A stretch of 17,206 bases of DNA from a virus (lineage: Duplodnaviria; Heunggongvirae; Uroviricota; Caudoviricetes), in the IMG/VR virus record IMGVR_UViG_2693429621_000004. One strand, 5' to 3'. The position numbers were made by a program, and so were the translations under genes. Below, piece by piece: positions 8,504-17,206 of this stretch; within the stretch, counting starts at the first letter, position 1; every line of letters begins with the position of its first letter. A model generated the notes under the pieces. It had not been told where the DNA came from. It searched no databases and saw nothing but the letters and a program-made list of their open reading frames with translations.

Positions 8504-8902
8504 TTATTGCATTCTGGCCAGGCCGCGCTCTGTCATTTCGGCTGCCACACCGGCAGAGACACGAAACGCCGTTCCCGGCAGCACAAATGCCACAGGTTTA
8601 TCCCGCGTGGCGTGAAGTGCATCAGTATGCAGCGTCACCAGTGCCACGACCGTGACCAGTTCAGCCGTATCCTGAATCACGGTATCCGGCTGCGCTGATA
8701 CCACCTCATTTTCATGCCCGGTCAGCACATTTTCCCGGCTGAGAGGGGTGTCCTGACCGGCAGTTTCATCCGTGTCATCAAGCTCTTCTTCCAGCTCTGC
8801 CACACGAAGCGCCAGTTCTTCTTTCGTTCCCGTCAAACTGACATCGCGGTTCAATTGCTCACCCAGCTCCTGAAGACGGGCAATCAGTTCATCTTTCGTC
8901 AT
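8504..8902 (-). CDS. FI: DNA-packaging accessory protein FI (132 aa)
   Basis: ORF track 8504..8941(-) is 145 aa. The internal ATG at 8902 (MTKDELIARLQ...) has a strong GGAGGA Shine-Dalgarno 5 nt upstream and gives the lambda gpFI length of 132 aa. Confidence 0.85.
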   Translation of the reverse strand: MTKDELIARLQELGEQLNRDVSLTGTKEELALRVAELEEELDDTDETAGQDTPLSRENVLTGHENEVVSAQPDTVIQDTAELVTVVALVTLHTDALHATRDKPVAFVLPGTAFRVSAGVAAEMTERGLARMQ

Positions 8903-8943
8903 GAACTCCTCCACAGAGAGAAAATGGCCCCGAAGGGCCATGA

Positions 8944-9969
8944 TTACGCCAGTTGAACGGACACGAACTCATCAGGATCAGCCAGCAGCATCAGCGGTGC
9001 TGACTGAATCATGGTGAACTCACGCGCCGGATCGCCGGTGGTCACCCAGTTTTTCGGGTAACGGGCAGAAGCGTTAATGCCTTCGCGCTGTGCGTCCGCA
9101 TCCTGAATGCAGCCATAGGTGCGCAGACCGCGAGCCTGAGTGTTCCCCAGCACCATCGTGTTGTCCGGCAGGAAGTTCTTTTTGACGCCGTTTTCCACGT
9201 ACTGTCCGGAATACACGACGATGGCCACATCGCCATACATTCCCTTATAGGACACCGCTTTGCCCAGGTCTTTTACCGCTGTCTCCAGCTCGGAATGAGA
9301 GCCGCGACGGGTATCCAGCTTCTCCTTGACGGCTTTGAAGGAACGGAACAGCGCCCAGCCTTTCGGGTCAAACACGATGATATTCACCACACCGCTGGCG
9401 TTCAGCGCGTAGGCTTCGATATCGTCGGTCGGGTCATACGTGGACTTGTCACGCTTGCTCCACTCCGTGACGCCGGACTGTGTGATGTTGTTCGCCGCAC
9501 TGCGGCCCATATCCACCTCAACCGGATCGAAGGCTTCACCGGTCATGGTGTATTTGCCCTTGAGCACGGCAGAAACTGCCTGCATCTCTTCGACCTGAGC
9601 AATGGCCAGCTCTTCGTCACGCATGTTCTGCATGATGATGCGACGGCGGCGGTAAGCCGGGTCCGCCAGATTCTGCGGATCTTCATCCGGCAGGCGACGC
9701 AGGGTCATCTGCGGATTCACCTCATGCTTGGGTTTGACATATCCCGGCGTAAATTCAGAGGTGGAGCCGCCACGGGAACGGATAACCTCACCGGAAACAA
9801 TCGGCGAAACGTACAGCGCCATGTTTACCAGTCCCGGAATTTGTGAGAGATAGACTTTCTCCGTAGTGAAGGGATAGCTCTCACGGAAAAAGAGACGCAG
9901 AAACAGCGGATCAAACTTAAATTTCTGCTCATTTGCCGCCAGCAGCTGGGCGGTTGTGTACATCGACAT
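8944..9969 (-). CDS. E: Major capsid protein E (341 aa)
   Basis: ORF track 8944..9996(-). The start at 9969 gives MSMYTTAQLLAANEQKFKFDPLFLRLFFRESYPFTTEKVYLSQIPG... (341 aa), matching the lambda gpE N-terminus and length. Confidence 0.95.
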   Translation of the reverse strand: MSMYTTAQLLAANEQKFKFDPLFLRLFFRESYPFTTEKVYLSQIPGLVNMALYVSPIVSGEVIRSRGGSTSEFTPGYVKPKHEVNPQMTLRRLPDEDPQNLADPAYRRRRIIMQNMRDEELAIAQVEEMQAVSAVLKGKYTMTGEAFDPVEVDMGRSAANNITQSGVTEWSKRDKSTYDPTDDIEAYALNASGVVNIIVFDPKGWALFRSFKAVKEKLDTRRGSHSELETAVKDLGKAVSYKGMYGDVAIVVYSGQYVENGVKKNFLPDNTMVLGNTQARGLRTYGCIQDADAQREGINASARYPKNWVTTGDPAREFTMIQSAPLMLLADPDEFVSVQLA

Positions 9970-10024
9970 AAAAAAATCCCGTAAAAAAAGCCACACAGGC
10001 GGCCTTTAGTGATGAAGGGTAAAG

Positions 10025-10357
10025 TTAAACGATGCTGATTGCCGTTCCGGCAAACACGGTCCGTTTTTTCGTCTCGTCGCTGGCAGCCTCCGGCCAGAGC
10101 ACATCCTCATAACGGAACGTGCCGGACTTGTAGAACGTCAGTGTGGTGCTGGTCTGGTCAGCAGCAACCGCAAGAATGCCAACGGCAGCACCGTCGGTGG
10201 TGCCATCCCACGCAACCAGCTTACGGGTGGAGGTGTCCAGCATCAGCGGGGTCATTGCAGGCGCTTTCGCACTCAATCCGCCGGGCGCGGTTGCGGTATG
10301 AGCCGGGTCACTATTGCCCAGCGGCTGGTAATGGGTAAAGGTTTCTTTGCTCGTCAT
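10025..10357 (-). CDS. D: Head decoration protein D (110 aa)
   Basis: ORF track 10025..10363(-). The start at 10357 gives [43 protein letters not shown]..., lambda gpD-like, 110 aa. Confidence 0.9.
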   Translation of the reverse strand: MTSKETFTHYQPLGNSDPAHTATAPGGLSAKAPAMTPLMLDTSTRKLVAWDGTTDGAAVGILAVAADQTSTTLTFYKSGTFRYEDVLWPEAASDETKKRTVFAGTAISIV

Positions 10358-10366
10358 AAACATCCC

Positions 10367-10972
10367 TTACACTGGTGTGTTCAGCAAATCGTTAACGGCA
10401 TCAGATGCCGGGTTACCTGCAGCCAGCGGTGCCGGTGCCCCCTGCATCAGACGATCCAGCGCAGTGTCACTGCGCGTCTGTGCACTCTGTGGTGCTGCGG
10501 CCAGAATACGGCGGGCCGTTTCCACGGTCATACCGGGGGTTTCGGCCAGCACGCGTGCCTGTTCTTCGCGTCCGTGAGCCTCCTCACAGTTGAGGATCCC
10601 CATAATGCGACTGTTTTCTGCCGCAACCGCTGCGGTGATCTGCGCGTTCACGTCCGGCTGCGCCGCGCTGGCGTTCTCGCCCTCCGTCGCTTGCACCACG
10701 CCAGTAACGTCAGCCTGCGAAGCAGTGGCTGAAACAGTTGTTGATTGAGTCTCTTTGGTCATTCGCCCTCCTGAGAGACGGGATTTACGTGCATCCAGTG
10801 CATCACGCATGACGGTGATCGCATCGGTACTGTTAACAAGTTCATCAGCCAGTCCGGCATCAATGGCCTCCTGACCGCTGTACACTGCAGCCTCGGTATC
10901 CAGCACAGCCTGCACGGACAGGCCGGTATATGCCGACACCTTCTGTGCAAACATCCGGCGGGTTGCATCCAT
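10367..10972 (-). CDS. Nu3: Scaffolding protein Nu3 (201 aa), nested in-frame in the 3' part of C
   Basis: The in-frame ATG at 10972 reads M D A T R and shares the C stop at 10367. This position corresponds to the lambda Nu3 start by coordinate mapping. Confidence 0.7.
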   Translation of the reverse strand: MDATRRMFAQKVSAYTGLSVQAVLDTEAAVYSGQEAIDAGLADELVNSTDAITVMRDALDARKSRLSGGRMTKETQSTTVSATASQADVTGVVQATEGENASAAQPDVNAQITAAVAAENSRIMGILNCEEAHGREEQARVLAETPGMTVETARRILAAAPQSAQTRSDTALDRLMQGAPAPLAAGNPASDAVNDLLNTPV

Positions 10973-11666
10973 CCGGGACTGCAATGTTTCCCGGACATCA
11001 TCCGGTAGATGGCTGTAGGGGTTGCCATCCACCTTATGGCTGCCGCTGTAAATCAGCGTGATTTCCACGCCCTGTTTCTCCAGTGCAGCGCCGTAATTAC
11101 TGTGAGCCATCATGACGCCGATGGAGCCTGTCCGGGCGGTCTGCGTGACCAGACGCCGGGAGGCGGCACTGGCAAGCAGCTGACCTGCGCTGCAGTTCAT
11201 GTCATTGGCCAGCGCCCATACCGGCTTTATGTCACGCACACGGGCGATGATGTCAGCGCAGTCAAATGCTCCCGCCACCATTCCGCCCGGTGTGTCCATA
11301 TCGAGCAGAATGCCGTCCACCATCGGGTCGCTGGCAGCCTGTTGCAGACGGGCGATAATGCCGTTGTAACCGGTCATCCCCGAGTACGGCTGCAGCGCCC
11401 GCGTCCGGCTGACCAGCGTGCCGGACACCGGCAGCACGGCGATGCCGTTCATTACCTGATAACTGCGGGCCTGTCGTGGTCCGTCATCATCACCGGATAA
11501 CGCCAGCGCCGCGGGTGCCTCTCCGGCAGTCAGGCTGTCGCCGGATACTGCATCCGTCAGGCAGCTGATCCCAAGCTGGCCTGCAAGCGCACAAAAGAAA
11601 ACCCGCGCATAGGCGGGTTCAAGCATCAGCGGCTCATTAAAAGCCATGCTGGCAATATGCGGGAGA

Positions 11667-11686
<20 letters not shown>
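10367..11686 (-). CDS. C: Capsid maturation protease / scaffold C (439 aa, GTG start)
   Basis: ORF track 10367..11821(-). The GTG at 11686 is preceded by AGAGGAGGAGAAGA and gives (M)TAELRNLPHIASMAFNEPLMLEPAYARVFF..., 439 aa as in lambda gpC. The start overlaps the B stop by about 20 bp. Confidence 0.9.
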
Positions 11687-15367
<3,681 letters not shown>

Positions 15368-15393
<26 letters not shown>

Positions 15394-15913
15394 TCAGCAA
15401 CCCCGGTATCAGTTCATCCAGCGCGGCTGCTTTGTTCATGGCTTTGATGATATCCCGTTTCAGGAAATCAACATGTCGGTTTTCCAGTTCCGGAAAACGC
15501 CGCTGCACCGACAGGGGGATCCCGTCGAGAATACTGGCAATTTCACCTGCGATCCGCGACAGCACGAAAGTACAGAATGCGGTTTCCACCACTTCAGCGG
15601 AGTCTCTGGCATTTTTCAGCTCCTGTGCGTCGGCCTGCGCACGCGTAAGTCGATGGCGTTCGTACTCAATAGTCCCTGGCTGGAGATCTGTCTCGCTGGC
15701 CTGCCGCAGTTCTTCAACTTCCCGGCGCAGCTTTTCGTTCTCAATTTCAGCATCCCTTTCGGCATACCATCTTATAACGGCGGCAGAGTCATAAAGCACC
15801 TCATTACCCTTGCCACCGCCTCGCAGAACGGGCATTCCCTGTTCCTGCCAGTTCTGAATGGTACGGATACTCGCACCGAAAATGTCAGCCAGCTGCTTTT
15901 TGTTGACTTCCAT
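15368..15913 (-). CDS. Nu1: Terminase small subunit Nu1 (181 aa), with N-terminal winged-helix DNA-binding domain
   Basis: ORF track 15368..15913(-), MEVNKKQLADIFGASIRTIQNWQEQGMPVLRGGGKGNEVLYDSAAVIRWYAERDAEIENEKLRREVEELRQ.... Length equals lambda gpNu1; cosB lies immediately upstream. Confidence 0.95.
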
Positions 15914-15929
15914 TGTTCATTCCACGGAC

Positions 15930-16135
15930 AAAAACAGAGAAAGGAAACGACAGAGGCCAAAAAGCCCGTTTTCAGCACCTGTCGTTTCCTTTCTTTTCAG
16001 GGGGTGTTTTAAATAAAAACATTAGGTTACGGCGAAGAAGAACGGAAACGCCTTAAACCGGAAAATTGTCATAAATAGCGAAAACCCGCGCGCCTTCCGC
16101 CCCGTAACCTGTCGGATCGCCGGAAAGGACCCGCA
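15930..16135 (-). other. cos: cos region: cosB (Nu1-binding R1, R2, R3 repeats), cosN and cosQ-like right-end sequence
   Basis: GAAACG-core repeats match the lambda R-site pattern: agagaaaggaaacgacag at 15936..15953 (R1), gtcgtttcctttc at 15981..15993 (R2, inverted) and aacggaaacgcctt at 16041..16054 (R3). gcgaaaacccgcg at 16078..16090 is the reverse complement of lambda left-end bases 13..25. gtaacctgtcggatcgccggaaaggacccgc at 16104..16134 is the reverse complement of the lambda right end. Confidence 0.85.
16091..16102 (-). other. cosN: Predicted 12-nt cohesive-end core of cosN (phage sense GGGCGGAAGGCG)
   Basis: Positioned by ungapped alignment of conserved flanks to lambda. Lambda has GGGCGGCGACCT here; this window differs at 5 of 12 positions. 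Confidence 0.6.
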
Positions 16136-16301
16136 AAATGATAATAATTATCATCTACATGTCACAACGTGCATCTACGCCATCAAACCACGTCAAATAA
16201 TCAATTATGACGCAGGTATCGTATTAATTGATCTGCATCAACTTAACGTAAAAACAACTTCAGACAATACAAATCAGCGACACTGAATACAGGGCAACCT
16301 C

Positions 16302-16535
16302 ATGTCAACGAAGAACAGAACCCGCAGAACAACAACCCGCAACATCCGCTTTCCTAACCAAATGATTGAACAAATTAACATCGCTCTTGTTCAAAAAGGG
16401 TCCGGGAATTTCTCAGCCTGGGTCATTGAAGCCTGCCGCCGGAGACTGTGCTCAGAAAAAAGAGTTTCGCCTGAAGCAAACAAAGAAAAGAGTGACATTA
16501 CTGAATTGCTCAGAAAACAGGTTAGACCAGATTGA
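16302..16535 (+). CDS. Small hypothetical protein (77 aa) with ribbon-helix-helix-like N-terminal pattern; possibly the lambdoid right-end small ORF family (lambda orf next to cos / E. coli YlcI-like, DUF3950)
   Basis: ORF track 16302..16535(+), MSTKNRTRRTTTRNIRFPNQMIEQINIALVQKGSGNFSAWVIEACRRRL.... It has a basic N-terminal tail, a short beta-strand-like RNIRFP, helix-like NQMIEQINIALVQKG, a G-x-N loop and helix-like AWVIEACRRRL. No strong Shine-Dalgarno; family assignment is from memory only. Confidence 0.55.
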   Translation: MSTKNRTRRTTTRNIRFPNQMIEQINIALVQKGSGNFSAWVIEACRRRLCSEKRVSPEANKEKSDITELLRKQVRPD

Positions 16536-16592
16536 AGCAATTTAGATAATCGTGCAGACTACGCCCCCTCATATCACATGGAAGGTACTACA

Positions 16593-17003
16593 ATGGCTCA
16601 GGTTGCCATTTTTAAACAAATATTCGATAAAGTGCGAAATAATTTAAACTATCACTGGTTTTATTCTGAACTAAAACGTCACAATGTCTCACATTACATT
16701 TACTATTTAGCCACAGAGAATATTCATCTTGTTCTTGAAAACGATAATACGGTTTTAATAAAAGGACAGGGTAAGGTTGTAAATGTAAGATTTTCAAAAA
16801 ATAAATGCCTTATAGAAGCCACCTTAAAAGGATTCAAATCAGGAGAGTTATCATTTTACGAATACAGGAAAAATCTTGCTACAGCAGGGGTTTTCAGATG
16901 GATTACAAATATCCACGAAAACAAAAGGTATTACTATACCTTTGATAATTCATTACTCTTTACTGAGAACATACAGAACACTACACAAATATTTCCGCAC
17001 TAA
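16593..17003 (+). CDS. AT-rich hypothetical protein (136 aa from ATG 16593; 141 aa if ATG 16578 is used); possibly the lambdoid right-end orf family (YbcV/DUF1398-like)
   Basis: ORF track 16578..17003(+). The ATG at 16593 has GGAAGG 7 nt upstream. About 32% GC against about 55-58% in the structural genes. It has two similar half-motifs (..[10 protein letters not shown].. and ..[23 protein letters not shown]..). Family assignment is tentative. Confidence 0.55.
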   Translation: MAQVAIFKQIFDKVRNNLNYHWFYSELKRHNVSHYIYYLATENIHLVLENDNTVLIKGQGKVVNVRFSKNKCLIEATLKGFKSGELSFYEYRKNLATAGVFRWITNIHENKRYYYTFDNSLLFTENIQNTTQIFPH

Positions 17004-17206
17004 ATCATAACGTCCGGTTTCTTCCGTGCCAGAACCGGACTCGCTGGCATGATGAAATATGTGTACCCGGTAACCCCGGTGTGCATCGTTTTTGATTATT
17101 CCCGCACACTCGCGCAGAAGGAGTTCCCCGTCGGGCTACGGTCTCTGTTAATACGGGAATACGGCGACGATTGGATTTGCCCCTATATTTCCAGACATCT
17201 GTTATC

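Noticed and set aside
9295-9846. Plus-strand 183-aa ORF
   Set aside because: Antisense to major capsid gene E; no independent support.
10298-11500. Plus-strand ORFs 10298..10732, 10347..10577, 10405..10593, 11009..11500
   Set aside because: Antisense to C/Nu3 and D, with Arg/Cys/His-rich composition; considered non-coding.
15432-16012. Plus-strand ORFs 15432..15794 and 15473..16012 reaching into cosB
   Set aside because: Antisense to Nu1; the second runs through the Nu1 start and cosB R-sites, which is not plausible for a gene.
17005-17206. Minus-strand open frame entering from the right edge (translation ITDVWKYRGKSNRRRIPVLTETVARRG...)
   Set aside because: Arg-rich, low-complexity and antisense to the more protein-like plus-strand frame. 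Only 66 codons are visible, so a real gene cannot be fully excluded without the flanking sequence.

Overview
The window is almost entirely the morphogenetic (late) module of a lambda-type siphovirus, read on the minus strand. It runs from the terminase small subunit (Nu1, 15913) through head genes (A, W, B, C/Nu3, D, E, FI, FII) and tail genes (Z, U, V, G/G-T, H, M, L, K, I) into the first 147 codons of the tail fibre J, which runs off the left edge. Gene order, overlaps and 18 of 20 protein lengths match phage lambda as I recall them, so this is lambda or a very close lambdoid relative. A lambda-like cos site (cosB, cosN, cosQ) lies at about 15930-16135 with phage right-end sequence attached, which means a prophage or concatemer rather than a virion DNA end. 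Across cos, on the plus strand and antisense to the late transcript, sit two small genes of unknown function: a 77-aa ribbon-helix-helix-like protein and an AT-rich 136-aa protein. The main anomalies are: (1) a 6-N assembly gap inside gene K flanked by a divergent 181-bp direct repeat, which looks like an unmerged join of two different K alleles; (2) a 12-nt cohesive-end core that differs from lambda's at 5 positions while the flanks are conserved; (3) the AT-rich two-gene cassette next to cos; (4) several conserved-looking RNA hairpins in late-operon intergenic spacers. No tRNA, rRNA, CRISPR array, integrase or att site is visible. All homology statements rest on motif reading and recall of lambda proteins and coordinates, not on a database search.
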